Positions 1-8,248 of a stretch of DNA of 38,065 bases are shown here, one piece after another (within the stretch, counting starts at the first letter, position 1; each line of letters opens with the position of its first letter). Under the pieces are notes generated by a model. The model ran no database searches, had not been told where the DNA came from, and saw only the letters and a program-made list of their open reading frames with translations. The stretch spans positions 1 through 38,065 of the IMG/VR virus record IMGVR_UViG_3300048835_001034, one strand, 5' to 3'. This stretch comes from a virus. Lineage: Duplodnaviria; Caudoviricetes. Both the position numbers and the translations under genes were made by a program.

Positions 1-468
1 GGGGACCGGAAATCGGAGAAAATCAAAAGCCGGAAATTGGCTTTTGATCGCCAAGAGCCTGAAATCACTGCATTCGATGGCGCGATGGCGGAGAAGTTCG
101 ACCTCGGCCGCAGCACGATCAAGGACGCCGTCGCGATATGGGAGGGTCTGTCGGCCCCGTCGCGTGCGGCGCTACGCGGCACGGCGCTGGCAGAGAAGAA
201 GACCGAGCTGAAGGCCCTGTCGAAGGAGAGCCGCGCCCGCCAGGCGAAGATCCTCGCCCTGATCCTCGACCCCGCCCATCCCGACATCCAGAACGTCGCC
301 GAGGCGCTCTTCCACCTCGAAAACGGCATCACGCCGAACATGGTCGAGCGCCGCTATCTCGCCGCGACAAAGACCCTCGGATCGCTCGACGACGTGCTCT
401 TCGACCGGGTGATCATGGCGCAGGAGGAGCGGGTGATCGCGTCCCTGAAGCGGAGGGGGCGCATCTGA
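1..468 (+). CDS. ParB-like/HTH early protein, C-terminal part (5'-truncated by window)
   Basis: Frame 1 is open from base 1 (GDRKSEKIKSRKLAFD...), contains HTH-like AEKFDLGRSTIKDAVAI, and its stop overlaps the next ATG (TGATG). Position is typical of ParB-like genes upstream of A in this phage type. Confidence 0.65.
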   Translation, partial: GDRKSEKIKSRKLAFDRQEPEITAFDGAMAEKFDLGRSTIKDAVAIWEGLSAPSRAALRGTALAEKKTELKALSKESRARQAKILALILDPAHPDIQNVAEALFHLENGITPNMVERRYLAATKTLGSLDDVLFDRVIMAQEERVIASLKRRGRI

Positions 469-932
469 TGGCCCGCCGCCGCGACCTCCTGACCCGCGAC
501 CTCTTCGACTGGCAGCCGCCGCGCGTGGCCGTCGGCTACGGCGTCGAGGTGACGGGGCGCGGGCCGCTGGATGCCCGCATCGCCCGGGCCATCGGCCAGG
601 CGTTCAGGGACGCGCGCGACGACGGCCTGCCGCGGCCGGAGATCGCGCGCCGGATGGCCGAGCGGCTCGGCCGCCCGGTGTCGCCGGCAATGCTCGACAA
701 GTGGTCGTCGGAAAGCTCGGGCGAGCACCGCATCCCGCTCGACGCCTTCGTGGCGCTGGTGCACGCGACCGGCGCGCGCGACCTTCTCGGCTTCGTGCCG
801 GCCGAGTTCGGCCTGACCGTCATCGAGAGCGAATATGCCGAGCTGATCGAGGCTCAGCTTCTGGACGAGCACATCGCCGAGATGCAGGCGCGGGCGCAGG
901 TGCTGGCGGCGCGCCGGAGGGCCCGGCGATGA
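468..932 (+). CDS. Putative DNA-binding early protein (154 aa)
   Basis: ATG 468 overlaps the upstream stop; HTH-like RPEIARRMAERLGRPVSPAMLDKWSSE; ATGA overlap with the transposase. Confidence 0.75.
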   Translation: MARRRDLLTRDLFDWQPPRVAVGYGVEVTGRGPLDARIARAIGQAFRDARDDGLPRPEIARRMAERLGRPVSPAMLDKWSSESSGEHRIPLDAFVALVHATGARDLLGFVPAEFGLTVIESEYAELIEAQLLDEHIAEMQARAQVLAARRRARR

Positions 933-3184
933 CCCCGGCGCGTCAGGAATTCTTCACCGCGCGGGAGCTGGCGGAGATCGCGGCGAAGCGGGGGATCGTG
1001 TCGTTTCCGGTCAGCGAGCGTGGCGTCCGTTTCTACGTCGACCGCGACGGCTGGAACGACCTGTCGCCGTCGCTGGTGCGGTGGCGGAAGGGCGAGGGCC
1101 GGCCGAGCCGGGAATACCACTGGTCGATCCTGCCCGCGCTCATGCAGCTGGCGATCACCGCTGGCGAGACGCGCACGACCCTGATCGACGCGCAGGCGCT
1201 CGACAAGGCGGCCCGGCTGCGGCAGGTCGCGGCGCTCCGTGCCGCGCGGGCATCGAGCCGCGCGCACGAGGTCGAGATGGCGCGGGGCGAGGTCCTGAGC
1301 TCGATCGAGGGCTACGCCATTTCCTGCGGGCAGTCCCGCGCCTGGGGGATCGCCCGCTTCCTCGAGGCACAGAAGGTGGCAGCAGCGCGTCAGGAAGCGA
1401 GAGACAGGATCGGCCGCGGGGAAATCCTGACGCCACCAGAGGCCGCGATCCTGACGCAGCCGGACCTTCTGTCCGACCCCACCGGGTTCGACCTGCGGTT
1501 CGCACGCCTTGCAGTGGCGAACGATCGAAAGGGCGGCATCCTGTCGCGCAGCACGATCTACGGCTGGTTCAAGGCGCGCGACACGGGCGGGATCGCTGCC
1601 CTGTCGCCGGTGCCGCCGAAGGAGGCCGAGCCGATCCCGCCTGCCTTCATGGAGTTCATGAAGTTCTACGCCAAGCCCTCGAAGCCGACGATCGCCGCCG
1701 CCCACGCGGAATACATCCAGGCGGCCAGCGCGCGGGACGGCATCCGGCACATGCCGATCTCCCTCGGCCAGGCGACCCGGATCCTGCGCCGGCGCCTCAA
1801 CAACATCGAGAAGCACGTCGGGCGCGAGGGCATCCTGACGCTGAAGTCCCGGCTGGCCTACGTCCAGCGCAGCACCGACGGAATGTGGCCGACGACGATC
1901 TACACGGCCGACGGCAAGACCTTCGACGCCGAAGTGGCCGATCCCGTCTCGCGCAATCCGATGAAGCCGGAGATCACCTCGATCCTCGACGTGGCGACCC
2001 GCAAATGCGTGGGCTTCGCGGTGTCGCGCAAGGAAAACGTCATCGCGGTGACCGAGGGTCTGCGCCGGGCCTGCATCTCGCACGGCATCCCGGCGATCTT
2101 CTACACCGACAGGGGCCCGGGCTACCGCAACAAGACCGTCGACGGACGGGACGGTGTCGATCTCGGCGGGCTGATGGCGCGGCTCGGCATCACCAAGATG
2201 CACGCGCTGCCCTACAACAGCCAGGGCAAGGGCATCATCGAGCGGTTCAACGCGGTCTGGAACGACCTTGCCCGGACCCTGCCCAGCTATCTCGGCCAGG
2301 AGATGGACAAGGAGGCCAGTTCCAAGGTCCACAAGCTCACCCGGTCCGAGATCGCGCAGTTCGGTTCGTCGCGCATCCTGCCCGCCTGGGACGAGTTCCT
2401 GGCAATGTGCGAGGCGACCGTGGCCGCCTACAACGACCGCCCGCACAGCGGCCTGCCGAGCTTCGAGGATCCGGCGACGGGCCGCCCAAGGCACATGACG
2501 CCCAACGAGGCCTGGGCGGCGCATGTCGCCGACGGGTTCGAGCCGGTGCGGGTGGAGCCGGCCGCCGAGGACGATCTCTTCCGGCCCTACGAGGTCCGCA
2601 CCGTCCGGCGCGCGCTCGTCGAGTGGAACACCAACAGCTACTACCACGACGATCTCGAGAAATATCACGAGACGCGCGTCGCGGTGGGCTACGACCTGCA
2701 CCAGGCCGACCGCGTCTGGGTCCGCGAGATCGACGAGCAGAGCGGCCTGCCGGGAAGCCTGATCTGTGTCGCCGTCTTCGGCGGAAACACCCAGCGCTAT
2801 GTGCCCCTGAGCTTCCAGCAGGCGGCCGAGGAGGGTCGCGTGAAGGCGCAACTGCGCCGGATCGGAAAGAAGGCGGAGGCCATCCAGGATCAGCTCCGCG
2901 CGCCGCTCCTGGAGCATTCGCCCCAGGCCGTGATGCCCCAGCTCAAGGCTGCCCCGGAACCCATCCCGGTCCGGACGGTGCAGGAGGACGCGCCACCGGC
3001 AACGGCCGCGATCACCTCGGATGCGGATCTGGCGAAGCTCTGCCTCGCCGATCCCGGCCAGCTGACAGGGGGCCGTGCGCATGTCCTGCGCGAGGTGATG
3101 GCGCGGCGGAACGGGCGGGAATTGTTGAGGATATCAGGCGTGGACCTGGACGAGTTGGACGCTTTGCTCAGGTCCGCCGCCTGA
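929..3184 (+). CDS. Mu-type DDE transposase A (751 aa)
   Basis: N-terminal Mu DNA-binding motif (FFTARELAE...REYHWSILP); catalytic motifs YTADGKTFD, FYTDRGPGY, KGIIERFN; YNDRPHSGL; Mu C-terminal domain. Start at ATGA overlap 929. Confidence 0.95.
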   Translation: MTPARQEFFTARELAEIAAKRGIVSFPVSERGVRFYVDRDGWNDLSPSLVRWRKGEGRPSREYHWSILPALMQLAITAGETRTTLIDAQALDKAARLRQVAALRAARASSRAHEVEMARGEVLSSIEGYAISCGQSRAWGIARFLEAQKVAAARQEARDRIGRGEILTPPEAAILTQPDLLSDPTGFDLRFARLAVANDRKGGILSRSTIYGWFKARDTGGIAALSPVPPKEAEPIPPAFMEFMKFYAKPSKPTIAAAHAEYIQAASARDGIRHMPISLGQATRILRRRLNNIEKHVGREGILTLKSRLAYVQRSTDGMWPTTIYTADGKTFDAEVADPVSRNPMKPEITSILDVATRKCVGFAVSRKENVIAVTEGLRRACISHGIPAIFYTDRGPGYRNKTVDGRDGVDLGGLMARLGITKMHALPYNSQGKGIIERFNAVWNDLARTLPSYLGQEMDKEASSKVHKLTRSEIAQFGSSRILPAWDEFLAMCEATVAAYNDRPHSGLPSFEDPATGRPRHMTPNEAWAAHVADGFEPVRVEPAAEDDLFRPYEVRTVRRALVEWNTNSYYHDDLEKYHETRVAVGYDLHQADRVWVREIDEQSGLPGSLICVAVFGGNTQRYVPLSFQQAAEEGRVKAQLRRIGKKAEAIQDQLRAPLLEHSPQAVMPQLKAAPEPIPVRTVQEDAPPATAAITSDADLAKLCLADPGQLTGGRAHVLREVMARRNGRELLRISGVDLDELDALLRSAA

Positions 3185-3211
3185 AACCGTCGAGCAGCAA
3201 GGAGAGACTAC

Positions 3212-3979
3212 ATGAGACCGACCTTTGTGGAAACCCGGAACTACCATCGCTTCATGGAAGGCATGGACGCGCTCGATGCGCGCGGGTCGGAAGAGTGCCG
3301 CCTCGTCGTCGTCGACGGCCTGCCGGGCCTCGGAAAGACCACCATTCTCGCGCGCTGGGCAACGCAGGAAAGCTGCCTTTACCTGCGCGCCAAGGTGGAA
3401 TGGACGCCCTACTGGATGATGGCCGAACTGCTGGCCGAGGCCGCGGTCACGCCGCCGCATGGGCATGAGGCACGGTTCCGCGCCTGCATCGCGACGCTCC
3501 GGGCACGGATGGGGCTGGCCCGGGCCACGGGAGCGCAGTTCGCCGTTGTCATCGACGAGGCCGACTATGTCTCGCGCCACTCGAAGCTCGTCGACGCGAT
3601 CCGCGACCTCGCCGACCTGGCCGAGGTGCCGATCATCCTGGTCGGGATGGGACGGATCCGTGACAATCTCACCCGTCATCCCCAGACCGCCTCGCGGATC
3701 AGCCGCTACGTCCGCTTCGAGCCTGCCGATCTGGCGGACGTCGAGGAGTTCCTCGCCGCCAAGTGCGACGTGCCGGTCGCGAAGTGCCTCGCCGCCTTCG
3801 TCCACCGCGCCACCGGTGGGTTCAACCGCGAGCTTCTGGAAGCGATCCGCTCCATCGAGCGCTTCGGCCATCGCAATCCGCCAGCTGCGCCTGAGGGCCT
3901 GACGGCGCGGGAAATGGCCGGACAGCACCTGATCAACGACCGCAAGTCGGGCCAGCCGATCGCCGTGCCGGTGCGCTGA
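3212..3979 (+). CDS. Transposition ATPase (MuB-like AAA+)
   Basis: Walker A GLPGLGKT, Walker B VVIDEAD; SD AAGGAG; directly after transposase. Confidence 0.92.
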   Translation: MRPTFVETRNYHRFMEGMDALDARGSEECRLVVVDGLPGLGKTTILARWATQESCLYLRAKVEWTPYWMMAELLAEAAVTPPHGHEARFRACIATLRARMGLARATGAQFAVVIDEADYVSRHSKLVDAIRDLADLAEVPIILVGMGRIRDNLTRHPQTASRISRYVRFEPADLADVEEFLAAKCDVPVAKCLAAFVHRATGGFNRELLEAIRSIERFGHRNPPAAPEGLTAREMAGQHLINDRKSGQPIAVPVR

Positions 3980-3980
3980 C

Positions 3981-4547
3981 ATGGTCGGAGAACCCACCAT
4001 CCAGACAGGGATCCTGCACGGTCTCGGCGACGGCGGCATGCCGATCGGCGATCTCGCCGACCGGCTCGGCCTTGGCCGCGGACAGGTCAGCCAGGCGGCC
4101 GCGCACCTGATCCTGCGCGGCTTCCTGGAGCGGCTGGAGCGCGGCACGTTCCGGCTGACCGCGGCCGGGCGCGAGGCGCGCGATCGCGGCGTCACCATCG
4201 ACACCGGGGTGACGGGACCTATTCGGGCGCTGCGCGTGCCGAAGCGCACCACGATCCGGCAGCGCGCCTGGGCCGCCATGCGGATCACCCGCACCTTCAC
4301 CGTGGCGGACATCACCACGGCGGTGGCGCGCGACGGCGACGGCGACGTGGCGGAGAACCTCCGGCGCTACTGCAACGAGCTGGCGAAGGACGGCTATCTG
4401 GTCCGCGCGCGCCGGCGCCGGCCGGGGACCGCGCCCGGCTCGACCGGCTTCGCCGTCTTCAGCCTGGTGCGTGACACCGGCCCGCTCGCCCCGGTCTTCA
4501 GCCGCAAGGCCGGCGCGATCCACGACTTCAACCGGAGGGCAGGATGA
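3981..4547 (+). CDS. Tandem winged-helix DNA-binding protein
   Basis: IGDLADRLGLGRGQVSQAAAHLILRGFLER...FRLT plus second wHTH (FTVADI...RRYCNELAKDGYL); coupled to neighbours. Confidence 0.75.
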   Translation: MVGEPTIQTGILHGLGDGGMPIGDLADRLGLGRGQVSQAAAHLILRGFLERLERGTFRLTAAGREARDRGVTIDTGVTGPIRALRVPKRTTIRQRAWAAMRITRTFTVADITTAVARDGDGDVAENLRRYCNELAKDGYLVRARRRRPGTAPGSTGFAVFSLVRDTGPLAPVFSRKAGAIHDFNRRAG

Positions 4548-4924
4548 CGCCGGCCCTGCCGATCGACCTGGCCGATCCCGAATGGCTCGCCCTCCTCCGG
4601 GCCGAGCGGGCCAAGGGGCGGCCGGTGTCGGCGATCGCGCGCGACTGCGGCATGGCGCGGCCGTCCGTGTCGATGCTGCTGGCCGGCACCTATCCGGCCC
4701 GCAGCCTCGACCTGGTCGAGCGCAAGCACGGCGCCGCGATCGTGAAGGCGTTCCGCGACCGGGTGTTCTGCCCGCATCTGCGCCGCGGCATCCCGGCCGA
4801 GGAGTGCCGCGCCCACGCGACGGCGCCGATGTCGATCTCGAACGTCGCGCGGATGCGCCAATGGGAAGCCTGCCGGCGCTGCCCGCTGAACCCCGTCACC
4901 GAACCCGAAGGAGGCAAAGGATGA
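4544..4924 (+). CDS. HTH protein with C-terminal Cys-rich (possible Zn-binding) domain
   Basis: VSAIARDCGMARPSVSMLLAGTYP; CPHL...C...CRRC; ATGA overlaps at both ends. Confidence 0.75.
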   Translation: MTPALPIDLADPEWLALLRAERAKGRPVSAIARDCGMARPSVSMLLAGTYPARSLDLVERKHGAAIVKAFRDRVFCPHLRRGIPAEECRAHATAPMSISNVARMRQWEACRRCPLNPVTEPEGGKG

Positions 4925-5175
4925 GACGTGCGACCCGATGCGAAGGGCCCGCGCCGGAGGACATTTCGACCGCGAGGCGAAAGGCGATCATCCGGGCGCT
5001 GGTGGAACAGGCCCTCGCCGATCAGGACTACCTGGAAGCGGTGATCGTCGCGACTGGCAACATCATCGGCATCCGGTCGGTCCAGGCCGGGGTGCCGGTC
5101 GAGGACGTGCTCGATCTCCTCCACAGCATCGCCGCGGACACTGCCCGGGCGAACCGGGCCGAGGTCCTGCAATGA
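4921..5175 (+). CDS. Hypothetical early protein (84 aa)
   Basis: SD GGAGG, ATG 4921 overlaps upstream stop, ATGA overlap downstream. Confidence 0.6.
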   Translation: MRRATRCEGPAPEDISTARRKAIIRALVEQALADQDYLEAVIVATGNIIGIRSVQAGVPVEDVLDLLHSIAADTARANRAEVLQ

Positions 5176-5384
5176 CCCGCCTGACCTTGCCCGAAATGAC
5201 CGTCCTCGCCGGCCGCGGGCTGGGCCGGATCGACCGCTACGGCGAACGCGGCGCGACGCTCTGCTCGATCGAGGAGGTCGCCGCGATGGCGATGGTCTGC
5301 GCGCTCGCAGGCCTCACGCCGATCTACCCAGATACCTACACCCCGACCAGCAGGATCACCTGGACAGAAGGAGAACGGGCATGA
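5172..5384 (+). CDS. Hypothetical early protein (70 aa)
   Basis: MTRLTLPEMTVLAGRGLGRIDRYGERGATL...; ATGA overlaps at both ends. Confidence 0.7.
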   Translation: MTRLTLPEMTVLAGRGLGRIDRYGERGATLCSIEEVAAMAMVCALAGLTPIYPDTYTPTSRITWTEGERA

Positions 5385-5908
5385 CCCGCAAGATGAAGAG
5401 CTTCGGCACCAACATCCCGGTGCCGCAGGACGACAGCGAGGCGCGCGAGGCGATCCGCGAGATCGGCGAACTCAATCGCGAGGTGCTGCGCCTCGAGGCG
5501 GAGATGAACGACCGGATCGCGGCGCTCCAGCAGGAATACGGCGATCGCGCCCAGCCCATCCGCGAGGCGGCGCTCGCCAAGCACGAAGGCCTGAAGGTCT
5601 TCTGCGAGGCCAACCGCGCGCGCCTGACGACGGGCGGCAAGGTCAAGTTCCACCGCTTCGCCACCGGCCAGGTGAGCTGGCGGCTCCGCCCCGCGAAGGT
5701 CGCGATCCGAGGGCAGGAGGCGGTGATCGAGGCGCTGCAGGCCGCCGGCCTGACCCGGTTCCTGCGCACCAAGGTCGAGGTCAACAAGGAGGCGATGCTC
5801 GAGGACCGCAAGACGGCGATGGGCATCAAGGGCGTCACGATCGGGTCGGACGGAGAGGACTTCATCGTCGAGCCCTTCGAGACCGAGTTGGCCGAGGGCA
5901 CGGCATGA
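5381..5908 (+). CDS. gam: Host-nuclease inhibitor Gam
   Basis: PQDDSEAREAIREIG...EMNDRIA...FCEANR...TGQVSWRLRP...FLRTKVEVNKEAML...EDFIVEPFE matches the Mu Gam pattern. Confidence 0.93.
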   Translation: MTRKMKSFGTNIPVPQDDSEAREAIREIGELNREVLRLEAEMNDRIAALQQEYGDRAQPIREAALAKHEGLKVFCEANRARLTTGGKVKFHRFATGQVSWRLRPAKVAIRGQEAVIEALQAAGLTRFLRTKVEVNKEAMLEDRKTAMGIKGVTIGSDGEDFIVEPFETELAEGTA

Positions 5909-6150
5909 GCCGGATCGAGCGGAAAGATGATGCCTGGGTGCGGTACCAGAACGCCCGGGTCCGGCGCGCGAAGGCCGAGATCGCCGTGATCGAGAGGCGC
6001 GCCGCGGCCGAGGCGGCGGAGGCTGACTTTGACGCGGCGTACAGAGCGGAGACGGAGGCATCGGATGCATGGCGCAAGGCCATCGATGCCGAGCGAAAGA
6101 CGACCGAACCGACGGGCATGGTGCCCGCCGGAAACCCTGAAGGAGACTGA
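5905..6150 (+). CDS. Hypothetical helical protein (81 aa)
   Basis: ATGA overlap with gam; fills the gap to HU; Ala/Glu/Arg-rich. Confidence 0.65.
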   Translation: MSRIERKDDAWVRYQNARVRRAKAEIAVIERRAAAEAAEADFDAAYRAETEASDAWRKAIDAERKTTEPTGMVPAGNPEGD

Positions 6151-6151
6151 A

Positions 6152-6418
6152 ATGGTGACTGTCAACAAGGATGCCGTCGTCCGCGCGGTGGCGGAGAAGA
6201 CCGGGCTGCCGCTGGCCGCGACGAAGTCGGTGATCGACGCCTTCACCGATCACGTCGGCACCGCCGCGGCAGAGGGCGCGACCGTTCGCCTCACGGGCTT
6301 CGGCAGCTTCAGCGTCAAGGCGCGCCCCGCCCGCAACGGCCGCAACCCGGCCACCGGCGAAGCGATGCGCATCCCCGAAACCCGCCGCCTGGTCTTCAAG
6401 GCGTCGAAGGCATCCTGA
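6152..6418 (+). CDS. hup: HU/IHF-family DNA-binding protein (88 aa)
   Basis: NKDAVVRAVAEKTGL...VRLTGFGSF...ARNGRNPATGEAMRIP...FKASK; SD AAGGAG; start 6152. Confidence 0.93.
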   Translation: MVTVNKDAVVRAVAEKTGLPLAATKSVIDAFTDHVGTAAAEGATVRLTGFGSFSVKARPARNGRNPATGEAMRIPETRRLVFKASKAS

Positions 6419-6500
6419 TGCGAAACCCCGTCCGGGCGAGCCCCGGACGGCGGTCGGCCGGGCGTGGCGGCCCGGTCCTGATGAGCAGCCGAGGTAGCCA
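6415..6500 (+). ncRNA. Type II hammerhead ribozyme
   Basis: CGAAAC 6421-6426; 12-bp stem III with one bulge (6425-6436/6442-6454); GUC 6453-6455; 8-bp stem I (GGCCGGGC 6456-6463/GCCCGGUC 6470-6477); CUGAUGAG 6478-6485; open stem II UGC 6419-6421/GCA 6485-6487. Confidence 0.9.
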
Positions 6501-6568
6501 GCCGTGAAAAATTTCGCAGTAAATCCTGACAGTTGCGCGGCCCCGGCGCGGGCCGGTAGGGTGGCGCA

Positions 6569-6579
6569 GCTCTTTGACA
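6569..6579 (+). promoter_or_regulatory. boxA-like antitermination element (GCTCTTTGACA)
   Basis: One mismatch to the boxA core GCTCTTTAACA; preceded by GC-rich pairing (about 6534-6568) and followed by a long hairpin (6599-6635). Confidence 0.6.
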
Positions 6580-6647
6580 TCGTGAACCAAACCTTCGACG
6601 GGGCGGGTCGAGTGCCGCGCGCATTCCCCGCCCCGGCCGAAGCCCAT

Positions 6648-6676
6648 TTGACAAATTTGCGGCGTTGCCCCATGTT
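6648..6676 (+). promoter_or_regulatory. Sigma70-type promoter for the C4/antirepressor unit
   Basis: TTGACA 6648-6653, 17-bp spacer, CATGTT 6671-6676. Confidence 0.7.
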
Positions 6677-6768
6677 CGGTCCGTCAGCCAGCGTCCTAGA
6701 CAGCGCCCTGACCGGTCTACCGAAGGCGGTTACGCCCCGAGACGGCGGTTCCAAAAGAACCGATCCTA

Positions 6769-6853
6769 CTCCGGGTGCCATGCGCGCATGTCCAGGGCTT
6801 CGGCCTAAAGACGCATGGGGTCTGTCCTTCGGCAGATTGTCTAACACCCGGGG
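6769..6853 (+). ncRNA. C4/P4 CI-type antisense RNA
   Basis: Closing stem CCGGGUG 6771-6777/CACCCGG 6845-6851; arm CCAUGCG 6778-6784/CGCAUGG 6812-6818; exposed CCUUCGG 6826-6832 and UGUCUA 6838-6843 complementary to CCGAAGG (6720-6726, 6871-6877) and TAGACA (6697-6702). Confidence 0.8.
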
Positions 6854-6888
6854 GCAATCGTCCCCCGTAACCGAAGGAAGTGAAAACA

Positions 6889-7593
6889 ATGTCCCAGGAC
6901 AACCCCATTCTGATACCCGTGCCCTTCCACGAGGACACGATCACCTGCATCGAGACGCCGGAGGGCGTGTTCGTCGCGGTAGCGCCGATCTGCAACCGGC
7001 TCGGCATCGCCTCAAACACTCAAATCACCCGACTGAAGGCGGACGGAACCCGTTGGGGGGGATACCTTATCGTATCCCCTTCGGCGGGCGGCGCGCAGGA
7101 AACTTACTGCATTCCGCTGAGCCGACTTGCCGCGTGGCTGTTCTCGATCAATGCGAACCGGGTCAAACCAGAGCTGCGCGAAGGTCTGATCCAGTATCAG
7201 CGCGAAGCGGACACGGTTCTGGACCGGCATTTCCGGCAGCGGGCGGCCGAAACATTGGCGCGGATCGAGGAGCAGGAGCGGATGCTGTGGCATTGCCACC
7301 AGCATATCCTGATGTCGGACCCGAAGTGGAACCGCGCCGCGCGCCTGAAGGAACTCGGCTCCTCGCCCTATCTGATCGCCAAGAAATGCGGCTGGAGCCG
7401 GATCGAGGCGGAGCAGGAGATGGCCGAGATGCATTCCTGCGGCATCAGGCCCCTGTGGCGGGACGACATGATGACGGTCTTCGACCGCGAGCGCAGCCTA
7501 CGTTGGGAGAACGAGCACCTGAAGGGCAAGCTCAAGGAAGCGGACGATCAGATGGCCCTGTTCCCGGCACTGTTCGGGCAGGAAGATGCCTGA
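6889..7593 (+). CDS. Phage antirepressor (P22 Ant N-terminal-like domain)
   Basis: IPVPFHEDTI...FVAVAPICNRLGI...GGAQETYCIPLSRLAAWLFSINANRVKPELREGLIQYQRE; SD GAAGGA; downstream of C4 RNA. Confidence 0.88.
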   Translation: MSQDNPILIPVPFHEDTITCIETPEGVFVAVAPICNRLGIASNTQITRLKADGTRWGGYLIVSPSAGGAQETYCIPLSRLAAWLFSINANRVKPELREGLIQYQREADTVLDRHFRQRAAETLARIEEQERMLWHCHQHILMSDPKWNRAARLKELGSSPYLIAKKCGWSRIEAEQEMAEMHSCGIRPLWRDDMMTVFDRERSLRWENEHLKGKLKEADDQMALFPALFGQEDA

Positions 7594-7786
7594 CGACCCC
7601 CGCGACGACCTCTATACCGGGATCGCGGCGCTCGGGGCGCTCGGCGACGTGCTTCTGCACGCGGCGCGCCCCGGGCGCGGCGACCTGCACCTGGTCGATC
7701 CGGAGGGCCTTTACTGTCTTCTGGAATGCATCGGCGCCCGTCTGCGGGCCGCGCAGGAAGGCTTCCGGGACTGGCGGCCGGCCTGA
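7586..7786 (+). CDS. Hypothetical protein (66 aa)
   Basis: Overlaps the antirepressor stop; SD AGGA; GC3-rich codons. Confidence 0.6.
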   Translation: MPDDPRDDLYTGIAALGALGDVLLHAARPGRGDLHLVDPEGLYCLLECIGARLRAAQEGFRDWRPA

Positions 7787-7790
7787 CACC

Positions 7791-7822
7791 CATGCGGGCC
7801 TTCGGATGCGGAGGCCCGCATG
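7791..7822 (+). promoter_or_regulatory. Hairpin covering the gemA RBS and start codon
   Basis: Perfect 11-bp inverted repeat CATGCGGGCCT 7791-7801/AGGCCCGCATG 7812-7822, overlapping GGAGG 7810-7814 and containing ATG 7820. Confidence 0.55.
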
Positions 7823-8248
7823 AACGCCAACGCCATCATCAACATCGCCCGCATCCAGCTGCGGCTGGAGGAGGACGACTACCGCACGATCCTCCTGCGC
7901 GTGACCGGCAGGGCCTCGCTGCGCGACATGTCGGAGCGCCAGAAGATCGACGTCCTGGACGAGCTGAAGCGGATGGGCTTCCGGGTCAAGGCCGGGGGAC
8001 GCAGGCTGCCGGCCTCGCACAAGCCCTATGTCCGGCTGATCCACGCGCTCTGGAAGAGCTGCGCGCGGCTCGGCGTCATCGAGAACGGGTCGCGCGAGGC
8101 GCTTCGGGCCTTCGTGCACCGCTTTGTCGCGCATGGCGACCCGAGTGTCGCGGTCGATCCCGACCTTCTGTCCTACGACCAGGCCGCGCCGATCATCGAG
8201 GCCCTGAAGAAGATGGAAGCCCGCGGCCGCAAGGGGGTCGATGCATGA
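7820..8248 (+). CDS. gemA: GemA / Mu gp16 family (DUF1018)
   Basis: INIARIQLRLEEDDYRTILLRVTGRASLRDMS...VLDELKRMGF...IHALW...ALRAFV...IIEALKKM. Confidence 0.9.
   Translation: MNANAIINIARIQLRLEEDDYRTILLRVTGRASLRDMSERQKIDVLDELKRMGFRVKAGGRRLPASHKPYVRLIHALWKSCARLGVIENGSREALRAFVHRFVAHGDPSVAVDPDLLSYDQAAPIIEALKKMEARGRKGVDA

Noticed and set aside
7799-7805. CCTTCGG as another C4 target
   Set aside because: Same sense as the C4 loop rather than complementary, and a common sequence in GC-rich hairpins.
6504-7823. 439-aa + strand ORF across the control region
   Set aside because: It overlaps the antirepressor out of frame and runs through RNA structures. A short Ash/Icd-like reading in its first part cannot be excluded but is unsupported.
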